Source: Candidatus Kapaibacterium sp. (GTDB lineage: Bacteria > Bacteroidota > Ignavibacteria > Kapaibacteriales > UBA2268). From it: a stretch of DNA of 64,000 nucleotides. Position numbers and translations under genes: made by a program. This document shows positions 1 through 9,900 of this stretch, one piece after another; the first letter of the stretch is position 1; each line of letters opens with the position of its first letter. Location: NCBI GenBank assembly GCA_963665665.1, contig OY762428.1, forward strand, positions 3,808,001 to 3,872,000. The letters run 5' to 3'. Under the pieces are notes generated by a model. The model made no database searches, was not told the origin of the DNA, and saw only the letters and a program-made list of their open reading frames with translations.

Positions 1-1
1 A

Positions 2-124
2 ACAAAATCAGGCCTTGCTGGCGAAGAAGGTATATGGTATGCAATTCTAATAAGCCAGATTTGTTTTTCCGGTATCGGGCTCTTGCAGATAAGATTAGGT
101 AAGTGGCTGAATGTGAAGCTATAG
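2..124 (+). CDS. 3' end of a membrane protein, probably a MATE efflux transporter (partial, enters from the window edge)
   Basis: Manual translation TKSGLAGEEGIWYAILISQICFSGIGLLQIRLGKWLNVKL* ends at TAG 122-124. The G-I-W-x-A helix followed by GKW resembles MATE C-termini. Confidence 0.55.
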   Translation, partial: TKSGLAGEEGIWYAILISQICFSGIGLLQIRLGKWLNVKL

Positions 125-588
125 TTAAAATTTAGTTAAAATATTATAATTATTTTTTCAAAATTTAAAGTTCAGAAAAAATACCAAAGCTTTTAAAATA
201 ATATTTGCATAAATATATGATACTGAAAGGATTATAAACAAACTAAATGTGGAGGCTTAAAAAAATTGAAAAAAAAGTAAAAAAAATTGAAAAAATCCTG
301 AGACCTTTTTGCAATTAATGTGTCACTAAAATTAGAACAGATCAGCAATTAGGGAAATGAAGCGGTTATTTTCCATAAATTGTTGGGATATATATGAATA
401 GATTGTTCTGCGAATACTCGAAAAGTTCTTTGAAAACCGGAAATGAATTAAACCTGAAAATTAGAGACAAAAACAGTGCTAATAATAAAATTTTCAACAT
501 TTTTAGGAAAGTTAATGCGATTTTTTTATTTTAGTTAATTATGGTTTTATGGGATTTTATGTTTACAATATAAATTGTGGTATGAATT

Positions 589-2280
589 ATGCAGATTAAC
601 GGTTCGAAGATTTTAATATTAGGTGGATGGGGCCTTGTTGGCTCGGCAATTTGCCATAAACTTATGGAACATTCGCCTGCACAGCTCATTGTCTCTTCTC
701 TTAAAAAATCAGAAGCGGAAGATGCTGTTGAGCAGCTAAGGAAAGAATACTCGGATAAAGATCCTAAGATGTTTGTACCTGCTTGGGGAAACATTTTTAC
801 ACGTGAAGAATGGAAAAATGAAAACTGGTGGAATGTGATTTCAGAGCCAGATTCCCGCAGGGGCGTGGTTGAAGATATTTTCTTCGAGTTGGATGATGAT
901 GTTCTTAATCGTTCTGCTTTATACAGGATGATTGCAGATCACAAACCTGATGTGGTAATTGACTGTATCAATACAGCCACAGCAATAGCTTACCTTGATA
1001 CTTATAACACAACTCTTGATACTATCAAGAAAATGGATCAGGGAACTCTTGATAATGAAGCAGTTGAAAGATTGATGGCAAGTTCATATATTCCTCAGCT
1101 TATCAGGCACGTACAGATATTTAATAAGGGCCTGAATGATGCAGGAACACAGCTTTACCTGAAAATCGGAACAAGCGGTACTGGCGGAATGGGCATGAAT
1201 ATTCCTTATACTCACAGCGAAGAAAGGCCTTCCAGGGTTCTTCTTTCAAAAACAGCATGTGCCGGTGCACAAAGCCTGCTGTTATTCCTAATGGCCAGGA
1301 CTCCAGGCGGCCCGAAGGTAAAAGAAATCAAACCAACGGCAGCAATTGCATGGAAACGCGTTGCTCACGATAGTGTGAAAAAACACGGACAGCCAATTAA
1401 ACTGGTTGACATGGATTATAGTAATGCTAAACCTGCAGAAGGTAAGTTCGTATTTGACGACTTTAATAATATTGAAGAAACCGGCGGAGTCTATCAGTCG
1501 ATATTTATTGATACTGGTGAAAACGGAATTTTCTCCAAAGCAGAATTCCAGGCAATCAGTTCTCTCGGCCAGATGGAAATTGTTACACCGGAAGAAATAG
1601 CTGAATATGCTGTGTTTGAAATTGCCGGCGGTAACACAGGTAAAGACGTTATGCAGGGACTTGACAGTTTTACTATGGGCCCGACATATCGCGGAGGCCT
1701 GCTAAGAAATACTGCAATGGAAATGCTTAATAAGCTTGAAGAAGAAACCGGAATTGATTCGATAGCATTTGAACTTCTTGGCCCGCCGAGGCTTTCAAAA
1801 CTTCTGTTTGAAGCTTACCTGATAAGAAAAGTTGCTGAAACCATGGAAGATGCTGTTGCTTTCAAACCGGAAGACCTTGCAAATGAGGCAAATAAAATTT
1901 TGAATAGTAATAATAAACTTCGTTCTGAAATGCTTTCTATCGGACTTGTTATTCTTACTCCCGACGGTAAAAATTATCTTAGGGGCAAGGAAGTTAAAAT
2001 ACCTGTTCGCAGAGCCCAGGACGAACTGGATCTTACTCCTGAGAATATTGAACAGTGGTGCTATGAAGGTTGGATAGACCTTAGGCCACAGAACTTTAAA
2101 GCCTGGCAGGACAGGCTGAATGAAATTATGAAACAGGCAAATTCATTACCGGAAGGCGTTACAAGTTCCAGATATACTTATACAAAGGGATACTGGAATA
2201 ATTTTAAAGCCATAGATGAAGGTAAAATTGTTGGCTGGATCTTCGAATTTGAAGATAAAGGCTGGCGATTCAAAAGATAA
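589..2280 (+). CDS. NAD(P)-binding Rossmann-fold protein (atypical short-chain dehydrogenase/epimerase-like), function unknown
   Basis: 563-aa ORF with N-terminal ILILGGWGLVG dinucleotide-binding motif and DVVIDCIN strand. Long C-terminal part not recognised. Confidence 0.7.
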   Translation: MQINGSKILILGGWGLVGSAICHKLMEHSPAQLIVSSLKKSEAEDAVEQLRKEYSDKDPKMFVPAWGNIFTREEWKNENWWNVISEPDSRRGVVEDIFFELDDDVLNRSALYRMIADHKPDVVIDCINTATAIAYLDTYNTTLDTIKKMDQGTLDNEAVERLMASSYIPQLIRHVQIFNKGLNDAGTQLYLKIGTSGTGGMGMNIPYTHSEERPSRVLLSKTACAGAQSLLLFLMARTPGGPKVKEIKPTAAIAWKRVAHDSVKKHGQPIKLVDMDYSNAKPAEGKFVFDDFNNIEETGGVYQSIFIDTGENGIFSKAEFQAISSLGQMEIVTPEEIAEYAVFEIAGGNTGKDVMQGLDSFTMGPTYRGGLLRNTAMEMLNKLEEETGIDSIAFELLGPPRLSKLLFEAYLIRKVAETMEDAVAFKPEDLANEANKILNSNNKLRSEMLSIGLVILTPDGKNYLRGKEVKIPVRRAQDELDLTPENIEQWCYEGWIDLRPQNFKAWQDRLNEIMKQANSLPEGVTSSRYTYTKGYWNNFKAIDEGKIVGWIFEFEDKGWRFKR

Positions 2281-2349
2281 TTAACGTAAATGTTGTAAAA
2301 AATAATAATTAAATTGAGTTTTGTACCATATTTTTCTTCGGAGTGCCTT

Positions 2350-5300
2350 ATGAAAAGGTTTTTACTGCTAACTGCACTAATGATTGGACTCCTGATTTCC
2401 GTGACAAATGTTCAGGCATCAGGAAATGACGAAGTGCAGCGCAAATCTCAGATAGCTGAAGGAACATTCCCTGTTCCATTTAGTGAACTGGGTAATGTTA
2501 ACACACCGGAACGTGCAGCTGTATCAACAGGTTACTACTTTGTTGACTCAGATGACGATGCACCGGATTACTGGCGTCCCACACCGGAAATCGTAGATAC
2601 TACGGAAGATCCGACTCTGTGGCGTCGTATCATGGCCGGGCCGCGTATTCTTGTAGGTAATAACGATCCTACACCGCGCGGATATTGGAACGAAAATCCT
2701 GACGAAGGTTTTCGCTTCTTCCGTAACCCTGCCCTACCGAATAACCCGAGCGATACAAGAAACTTCTTTGTTAACGGACCGAATGACGAGGATGTTGAAG
2801 CAAATGCAACTGACTCGACAGACGATGCTATTGCAGGACCGATTCCGATTGGTTTCGGCTTTTACTTCAATGGCCTTCGTTATGATTCATTTTATGTTTC
2901 AACAAACGGTATTATCGGCTTAACAAACAGGCGCTATTTTTATGATTCTGACGGTAACAGGACTATTCCTGCCGGTTCAAATGACTGTTACGACCCAATG
3001 AGTGCTGACTGGTTTGAATATACTGGAAACCGTAGCTATCTTGGCCACTCAGGTAACGGGCTTAATGATGCTATTGATGACGATTATGGTTACAGATATA
3101 TGGTTTGCGGTGGCAATCCTCTTAGCAGGAATGCCGGCCTTCGCAGGCGTCCCGCATCTGCTAACCCCAATGATGCATCACTGACTAATATACCATACAA
3201 AGCAGCAGTTATTGCTCCTTTCTGGGGTGATATGCAGCTTTCACAGTATGATGATGAAAACAACATGATTGATGACTGGGGACGCGTTTATTTCAAACGT
3301 TCTTTCAGTAATGACAAACTTATCATTTATTTCATCAACATTGCTCCTGTTCGTACAAAATATAATCCTCTTGGCCAGGGTTATAATGCTCCTATCGATT
3401 CCAGGCCGGGTATGCAGAATTATACTTCTGCAAATGCTCAGGTAACACTTAACCGCCTTGATTCATCCGTAACAATCGTTTACGAACGTTTCGACGGTAC
3501 TGCTGTTATTTCAGGCCGCGGTTATCCCGCATCTGCAATCTTCCGTGCTTCTACATGTTCTGGTGTTCGCAGTTTTGCACGCCACGTTGATTACGGCACA
3601 GAAGACGGCCCATCATATCCATGGGGCGGTGAGTACGAATCTTGTACACATTATTGCAACAACTTGCTGAATCCTTCAGTACAGTTCCCGCATAACTATC
3701 TAGCTATCAAATTCAAACAGTGGAAAAATACTCTTCGCGTGGTTGATATTCAGTACCGCGTAAGGCAGCAGGATCCTGAAGCAGGTCTCGACTTTGCTCC
3801 TCAGGGTTGCAGCGACTGTATCATTCCTTCCAGTGAAGTAAATAACTATGAGTTGCTCGCCGGTGAACCAAACATTGGTGCTGTTCAGCCTGTAGCTATT
3901 ATACAGAACCTTTCTAATGAAATTCAGGGTCCTAACGGCGTAAACTTCCAGCCTCAGGAACTTAATTTCCGTGCTCGTTTCAGGATTGTGAATATGGCTA
4001 CAGGTATGATCGTTTATAACCGTCTGGTTCCGATCGATTCTACATGCCTTGACCTTCCTGATTCACTTACACAGGACTGTACTGGCGATCCTTATGTTAA
4101 GGTTCGTTACGTAACTGTTACTAAGAGTGGACAGGACTACGAAGCTGAAGAAACTGATCCTATCCTTCCATATAAGAGGCCGGGTCAGAAATATAATGGT
4201 ATCAAACCTTACGGTTTCGTACAGGTGTACTTCCCGCCGTTTGAACCAAACGAATTCCTTGAAAACCATATTGGACGTCTTCGTGCATTTATCATTGCCG
4301 ATCCAACCAACCCGAGAACCGGTGAAGGTTATGGCGACGAATGGCCGTTTGATGATACAACATTCGTTAATCTTTTTGTAATGAGAAGACTTGAATCATT
4401 TAATGATGATGTTAACGAATTCCACCTGATCGAACAGGCTGCTATGCCTTCTGTTCTTAAATGGGTAAATATCGAAGCTGAAGTTTCAGCTGGTGAGGAC
4501 CTTTCACATTATCCGCTTCCTCCAAGGGGTGAATATGCTGCAAGGAACAACGAAGATTATACTCTTAAATCACCTGTTATCCGTATGAACAGGAAATTCC
4601 TAAATGGTTTTGATCCTTCAACAGGCGGAACTGATTATAAAGGTGATGAAATCAGGTCATTCCCGATTGATATGCGTGGTAAATACGGAGCTGTTCTTTC
4701 AGTTTCATTCCAGAGAACTCTTAAAGCTGATGATTGGCCCAGAGGCTGGTCAGACCAGACACTTATTGGCCCGGAACCCCGTACATTCGTAAACGGTGAC
4801 CTGATGTCACAGTTTGGTAAAGAATATATGGGTACAGCTTACTCCTATGCAGCAGCCGGATCACAGAATCCTGACTGGATAGAAGTACAGCTTATGCAGC
4901 CCAGCCCGGACGGTGTTGCATTTATAACTAATGTTGAAGATAAAAGGTGGCAGCAGCACCCGCGTCGCGGTGGCCTAAAACCTATTACTAACATGCCGGC
5001 ATACAAACTTTGGGGTTCTAACGGTTATTCAGTTGGTTTCTTAGAATCAGATCGTGATTCTTCACTCGAGCCAGTAGATTATCCTAATCGTAATGGTTTC
5101 CGCCCGAACATGTATGACGACGGTATTGATTATGAATTCCAGAAAGCATTTATTGCCATTCCTGATACATTTATCAGGTCTGAAAACGAAGGCGCTAAGA
5201 ACTTCCGCTTCAGGATCAGGGTTCGTGCATCAATGGACCGCAAGTGTATGACTTGTATTCCTGATGACGATGATCCGTTCCTCGTTGATAACGTGAAGAT

Positions 5301-7179
5301 ACTTATGCCTGACGAGATCACTGACCTTGAAGTAACATCTGTTAAGATCAGGTGGCCTTATACTATAGCTCCTGCCAGCCAGGCAACAGCTGTACCGATT
5401 ATGGTTAAAGTATCGAATAATACAAATATCCAGGCACCTTCCTGCTGGGTTAAAGTAAAAATCTTCAAAGGCAAAGTTGATTTCAGAGATACTACAGGCG
5501 GAACAAATGCTCCTGCTCATCCTTGGAATGCTATTTATTGCCGTACAATTTCTATTCCTCAGATCCCTTCACGCCACGTTCAGGAAATACTCATGCCTTC
5601 ATGGAATGCACGCCTGACAGGCCCCGGTGATTACACTCTCGTGACAAATATTCACGTTCCCGGTGGCGATCTTGAAGAAAAGAACGATACAACATATTCC
5701 TATGTAAATCTCAGGTTCGGCGATGTATTTGCTTACGATCCTGTTGACAACCCGAGAAATGATGTTCCCGACCAGGCATTTACAGGTACTATGGGACGCG
5801 GACTTAACCTCTTTGGCGCTGCTTATGGCGGTGTTGGTAATGTAAGAGGCTGGACAAACAGTTCCTATAATTCCCAGCATGCAGCAGGTGCTGTAGGTGG
5901 TAGCGGATCAGGCCAGATAGCAGTGAAATTTGAACTTACAAATGCTGATACTGTTTATGGATATAAAGCATACTTCGGCATCCTGAATGCTGCTCTTGAT
6001 GATATCGTACTTTCAATCTATACAGATATGGCAGGAAATCAGCCTGGTGAACTTATTCAGGCATCACGTATCTACAGGGCTCGTACCTGGGATGATATTG
6101 AAGACGAACAGATCCTTGAAGAATACATGACTTATGTAATGCCTTCACCAATCGTACTTCCTGCAGGTACTTATTGGGCAGTGATTGGCCAGCTTGGTGA
6201 AACAGGTATCGAGCTTGGTGCATCAAAAGCCAGGATGGGTATGAGAACAACAAACGTTTATATTCCTCCACTGGTAACTATGACTAATGCAATTGGTGGT
6301 TCAGGTATTTCTCTGATGATCGAAAAGAACTTCAGGAAAGAATCGAATTCAGGTAATAACCTGATCAATAATAACTTCTTTGCATTTGAAAATACTTATA
6401 CAAGCGGTACATGGAATCAGTTTATGCCGACTGTTGGTAATCCTGCTTATGCTCACCTTGGCCACTATGGTAGTGTTGATGGCGGTGCTACACATACACT
6501 TTCACGCGGTGGTTGGATTCCGATGTTCAGGCCATACCTTGGTATGCGTTCATACAGCAACGACCAGACTAAGAGGCCTTGCCCTGATGACGTTCCTGTT
6601 GAACTGACAATGTTTGACGGTTTCGCACGCGAAAACGGTATCGACCTTGTATGGGAAACTGCTTCAGAAATTGACAACTATGGCTTCTATATTGAAAGAA
6701 GAAATTCAGGCGACGAAGAATGGAACCAGATTGGTTTTGTTAAAGGCGCAGGTAACTCCAGCGTTACAAACAGCTACAAATTCTTCGACGGTGAAGTTGT
6801 ACTTAACAACACATACCAGTATCGTTTGAACCAGGTTGATAATGATGGCTCAATGGGTTGTAATTCTTCTGATATTATCACAGTTAAATTTGATAAAGTT
6901 GGAACAATCACACTTCAGGATAACTATCCTAACCCGTTCAGCAGCACAACTAACATAGCGTTCAACCTTCCTGCACCAATGAATGTAAAACTTGAAGTAC
7001 TTGATGTTTATGGCAATGTGATCAATACAATTGCTAATGATAACCTCACAGCTACACAGCATGTTTACAACTGGGACGGAAGAGACATGAGCGGCGCTAA
7101 AGTTGCAAATGGAACTTACATCTTCAGGTTAACTGCAGATGGCAAAGTATTCTCAGGTAAGATGACACTTATCAAATAA
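2350..7179 (+). CDS. Large secreted T9SS type A sorting-domain protein (FlgD-Ig-like C-terminal domain)
   Basis: ATG at 2350 gives signal peptide MKRFLLLTALMIGLLISVTNVQA. The C-terminus has PVELTMF..LVWETASEIDNYGF and NYPNPF...WDGRD...NGTYIFRL...KMTLIK, typical of T9SS CTD proteins. Confidence 0.85.
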   Translation: MKRFLLLTALMIGLLISVTNVQASGNDEVQRKSQIAEGTFPVPFSELGNVNTPERAAVSTGYYFVDSDDDAPDYWRPTPEIVDTTEDPTLWRRIMAGPRILVGNNDPTPRGYWNENPDEGFRFFRNPALPNNPSDTRNFFVNGPNDEDVEANATDSTDDAIAGPIPIGFGFYFNGLRYDSFYVSTNGIIGLTNRRYFYDSDGNRTIPAGSNDCYDPMSADWFEYTGNRSYLGHSGNGLNDAIDDDYGYRYMVCGGNPLSRNAGLRRRPASANPNDASLTNIPYKAAVIAPFWGDMQLSQYDDENNMIDDWGRVYFKRSFSNDKLIIYFINIAPVRTKYNPLGQGYNAPIDSRPGMQNYTSANAQVTLNRLDSSVTIVYERFDGTAVISGRGYPASAIFRASTCSGVRSFARHVDYGTEDGPSYPWGGEYESCTHYCNNLLNPSVQFPHNYLAIKFKQWKNTLRVVDIQYRVRQQDPEAGLDFAPQGCSDCIIPSSEVNNYELLAGEPNIGAVQPVAIIQNLSNEIQGPNGVNFQPQELNFRARFRIVNMATGMIVYNRLVPIDSTCLDLPDSLTQDCTGDPYVKVRYVTVTKSGQDYEAEETDPILPYKRPGQKYNGIKPYGFVQVYFPPFEPNEFLENHIGRLRAFIIADPTNPRTGEGYGDEWPFDDTTFVNLFVMRRLESFNDDVNEFHLIEQAAMPSVLKWVNIEAEVSAGEDLSHYPLPPRGEYAARNNEDYTLKSPVIRMNRKFLNGFDPSTGGTDYKGDEIRSFPIDMRGKYGAVLSVSFQRTLKADDWPRGWSDQTLIGPEPRTFVNGDLMSQFGKEYMGTAYSYAAAGSQNPDWIEVQLMQPSPDGVAFITNVEDKRWQQHPRRGGLKPITNMPAYKLWGSNGYSVGFLESDRDSSLEPVDYPNRNGFRPNMYDDGIDYEFQKAFIAIPDTFIRSENEGAKNFRFRIRVRASMDRKCMTCIPDDDDPFLVDNVKILMPDEITDLEVTSVKIRWPYTIAPASQATAVPIMVKVSNNTNIQAPSCWVKVKIFKGKVDFRDTTGGTNAPAHPWNAIYCRTISIPQIPSRHVQEILMPSWNARLTGPGDYTLVTNIHVPGGDLEEKNDTTYSYVNLRFGDVFAYDPVDNPRNDVPDQAFTGTMGRGLNLFGAAYGGVGNVRGWTNSSYNSQHAAGAVGGSGSGQIAVKFELTNADTVYGYKAYFGILNAALDDIVLSIYTDMAGNQPGELIQASRIYRARTWDDIEDEQILEEYMTYVMPSPIVLPAGTYWAVIGQLGETGIELGASKARMGMRTTNVYIPPLVTMTNAIGGSGISLMIEKNFRKESNSGNNLINNNFFAFENTYTSGTWNQFMPTVGNPAYAHLGHYGSVDGGATHTLSRGGWIPMFRPYLGMRSYSNDQTKRPCPDDVPVELTMFDGFARENGIDLVWETASEIDNYGFYIERRNSGDEEWNQIGFVKGAGNSSVTNSYKFFDGEVVLNNTYQYRLNQVDNDGSMGCNSSDIITVKFDKVGTITLQDNYPNPFSSTTNIAFNLPAPMNVKLEVLDVYGNVINTIANDNLTATQHVYNWDGRDMSGAKVANGTYIFRLTADGKVFSGKMTLIK

Positions 7180-7201
7180 TATGTAAGTGAAAATCTTTGA
7201 T

Positions 7202-7239
7202 AAAAGCTCCTGGCTGAGGTCAGGAGCTTTTATTTTTTT
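7202..7239 (+). terminator. Rho-independent terminator
   Basis: AAAAGCTCCTG-N8-CAGGAGCTTTT hairpin followed by a T-rich tract, just after the stop at 7179. Confidence 0.85.
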
Positions 7240-7299
7240 ATTTGCCGTAAATTAAAATTTGTCGTAGATTGAAATAATGTAAAACACAAGGATTTTGAT

Positions 7300-7644
7300 A
7301 TGGCAGAATCAATCTTTACAAAGATAATCAACAGAGAAATTCCTGCTGAAATAGTATACGAAACAGAGGATTTGATAGCATTTGATGATATAAGCCCACA
7401 GGCACCTCATCATGTGCTTGTAGTGCCTAAAAAACCTATTCCTACAATAAATGACATGGAAGAAGCAGATGCGGAATTAATTGGAAAGTTATTTATCGCT
7501 GCAAAAAAAATTGCCAGCGAAAGGGGAATAGCTGAAAAAGGATACAGAATGGTAATTAATTGCAATGCTGATGCACAGCAGACTGTCTTTCATATTCATT
7601 TACATGTAATAGGCGGAAGAAAATTTACATGGCCCCCCGGATAA
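7300..7644 (+). CDS. hinT: Histidine triad nucleotide-binding protein (HIT family)
   Basis: N-terminal IFTKIINREIPA, HIHLH triad and C-terminal WPPG. Confidence 0.9.
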   Translation: MAESIFTKIINREIPAEIVYETEDLIAFDDISPQAPHHVLVVPKKPIPTINDMEEADAELIGKLFIAAKKIASERGIAEKGYRMVINCNADAQQTVFHIHLHVIGGRKFTWPPG

Positions 7645-7718
7645 TGATGTTTGTATTTTAAAATAATTTTATCAAAGAATGTAATCAGTTTTTTACAATT
7701 TTTATATAGTTTGGAAAA

Positions 7719-8690
7719 ATGGATATTGAAGAGTTAAAAGAAGAGGCAAAAAGAGTTATTCGTGTGGAGATAGATTCCATGAATGAGACAATGAAAGCCG
7801 TTGATGAAAAATTTTCATTGGCAGTGAAGATGATATGTTCATCCCAAAGGCTCGTTATCAGCGGTGTTGGTAAATCAGGAATGATTGCAAAAAAGATAGC
7901 TGCTACATTTTCCAGTATTGGAATATCTGCATTTTTCATGCATCCGGTTGATGCACTTCACGGGGATCTTGGAATGGTGCAGGACGGTGATACTGCAATA
8001 TTACTTTCTAAAAGTGGTAGTACCGAAGATATTGTCAGGCTTATTCCATACCTGAAGGGCAGGGGAGCCGGAATTATTTCCATTGTCAGCGATCTGGAAT
8101 CTGTATTATCAAGACAATCGGATATTAATCTTTATGCAAAGATAACAGAAGAGGCATGTCCTTTTAATCTGGCTCCGACATCAAGTACGGTAGCTGCTTT
8201 AGCTATCGGCGATGCCCTTGCTATTGCATCAATGAAATATAATAAATTTACCCTTGAGGATTTCTCAAGACTGCATCCTCTTGGCCAGATAGGTAGAAAT
8301 ATTACTCTTCATGTAGCCGATATTATGCATACGGGTGAGAATCTTCCAATTCTGAAGAAGGGCGGATTGTTTCGTGATGCCATTATTGAAATTACTAATA
8401 AAAAGCTTGGATGTGTTTGTATAAATGACGATCGGGGAAATTTAACGGGAATAATAACCGATGGTGATGTTCGAAGGGCACTTCAGAAATATCCTGAGAT
8501 CAATGGCCTTAGGGTAGAAGATGTAATGACTCAAAATCCGGTTTGTGTTCAACCTGATGCATTTTTAAGCGAGGCGCTGGCGGTTATGGAACAACGTCAA
8601 AGCCAGATAAATGTTCTGCCTGTTAAAGATGAAAATGGAATTGTTACCGGTATTATCAGGCTACACGATATTATTCGAAGCGGACTGTAG
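7719..8690 (+). CDS. kdsD: KpsF/GutQ family arabinose-5-phosphate isomerase (SIS + 2 CBS)
   Basis: SGVGKSG, HGDLG, APTSST and HPLGQIG motifs, followed by CBS domains. Confidence 0.92.
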   Translation: MDIEELKEEAKRVIRVEIDSMNETMKAVDEKFSLAVKMICSSQRLVISGVGKSGMIAKKIAATFSSIGISAFFMHPVDALHGDLGMVQDGDTAILLSKSGSTEDIVRLIPYLKGRGAGIISIVSDLESVLSRQSDINLYAKITEEACPFNLAPTSSTVAALAIGDALAIASMKYNKFTLEDFSRLHPLGQIGRNITLHVADIMHTGENLPILKKGGLFRDAIIEITNKKLGCVCINDDRGNLTGIITDGDVRRALQKYPEINGLRVEDVMTQNPVCVQPDAFLSEALAVMEQRQSQINVLPVKDENGIVTGIIRLHDIIRSGL

Positions 8691-8695
8691 ATTTT

Positions 8696-9631
8696 TTATT
8701 GATGGTTTGATAATTCTTTTTTTTCGGTACGTTTTTGTGTGTTTCTACGCATAAGATTATCAGGATTAACAGGAGTTATATCAATAGTTTTGGGTTTGTC
8801 TTCTTTTTGGGGTTTCTTGTATCTTCTTTTATTGCCATTCGGGTTTTTATTCCATGGCACGGAAGAATTTTCAACTTTATCAGCCGTGATTTTTACGTTC
8901 CTTACTACCGATCCTTTGCTGCCGAATGGCTCGAGAAGTTGTCCGTTTCGAGTAAATTGTACTGCACCGACGTTACCTACTCCAATTATGAAAAAATCTT
9001 TTGCAGCCCATCGCCTGGACATCCCGTTATACATCAGGAACTGGTCGCTTGATTTTCCGTCTATTTCAATCCTGATCCATGCTGTATCTGTTGCTGATGC
9101 TTCCAATATCAGGCTGTCAGGTTTTTCAAACCAGGACAGAAGGTTGTTTTTATTGTCAATAACAGCTGTGTCCGGAGTATCGGTGAAATTAATATCATTG
9201 TCATTGGCAGAATTTTCTTCTCTTGTAAAAAGTGCAAAATACAACAGGGCAAATAATGCAATTGCCATAGTTGAATAGATAATATAATTTATTATTGTTT
9301 TTTGTGAGTATTTAGCAATCTTTTCCTTTTTTCTCAAGTCGCCATAAGGTGATTCAACAATATTATTACTCGATTTTTTTGTTGATCTGAAATCCTTCAT
9401 TTTCGAGTTAAAAATATTTATCATTTCAGTAATTTCTTCTTCGCCGAAATGAAGGAAAATTGCGTATGTTTTTATAAATGATTTTGCATAAACACCGGGC
9501 AATACATTAAACTCATCATTTTCAATCGATGATATGAATTGTGGCCTGATTTTAGTTTTATCGCTGACCTGCTTAATGGTCAGACCGCTTTCTTCGCGGC
9601 TTTGCCGAAGTGTCTGCCCGATTGATTCCAT
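8696..9631 (-). CDS. rodZ: RodZ-like cytoskeletal membrane protein (HTH, TM, DUF4115)
   Basis: IGQTLRQSRE..IEND.F..LPGVYAKSFIKTYA HTH, one TM helix, and periplasmic WIRIEIDG..GNVGAV domain. Confidence 0.85.
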   Translation of the reverse strand: MESIGQTLRQSREESGLTIKQVSDKTKIRPQFISSIENDEFNVLPGVYAKSFIKTYAIFLHFGEEEITEMINIFNSKMKDFRSTKKSSNNIVESPYGDLRKKEKIAKYSQKTIINYIIYSTMAIALFALLYFALFTREENSANDNDINFTDTPDTAVIDNKNNLLSWFEKPDSLILEASATDTAWIRIEIDGKSSDQFLMYNGMSRRWAAKDFFIIGVGNVGAVQFTRNGQLLEPFGSKGSVVRNVKITADKVENSSVPWNKNPNGNKRRYKKPQKEDKPKTIDITPVNPDNLMRRNTQKRTEKKELSNHQ

Positions 9632-9726
9632 AGCGCCGTAATCTTTAATAAAAGATGTACAAAAATAGCTAATATCCTGTGATTATAATAATCCAAAATT
9701 AATTAAAAAGGATATAAAACCGCTCT

Positions 9727-9782
9727 TAATGCAATATTAATATAATTTAATATAAAATTCAAGTAATATTAATATTGCATTA
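9727..9782. promoter_or_regulatory. Perfect 17-bp inverted repeat in a divergent promoter region
   Basis: TAATGCAATATTAATAT (9727-9743), 22-bp spacer, ATATTAATATTGCATTA (9766-9782). Confidence 0.45.
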
Positions 9783-9900
9783 CTTTATTTTGAAATATTA
9801 ACAATTTTCATGCCTGAATATTCTTGATAAGGTAAATTTTATTTTGTAATTTGAATTCAGGTCAGGGACATTTGATAAAAACGATTGCAAAGGAGTTTTG

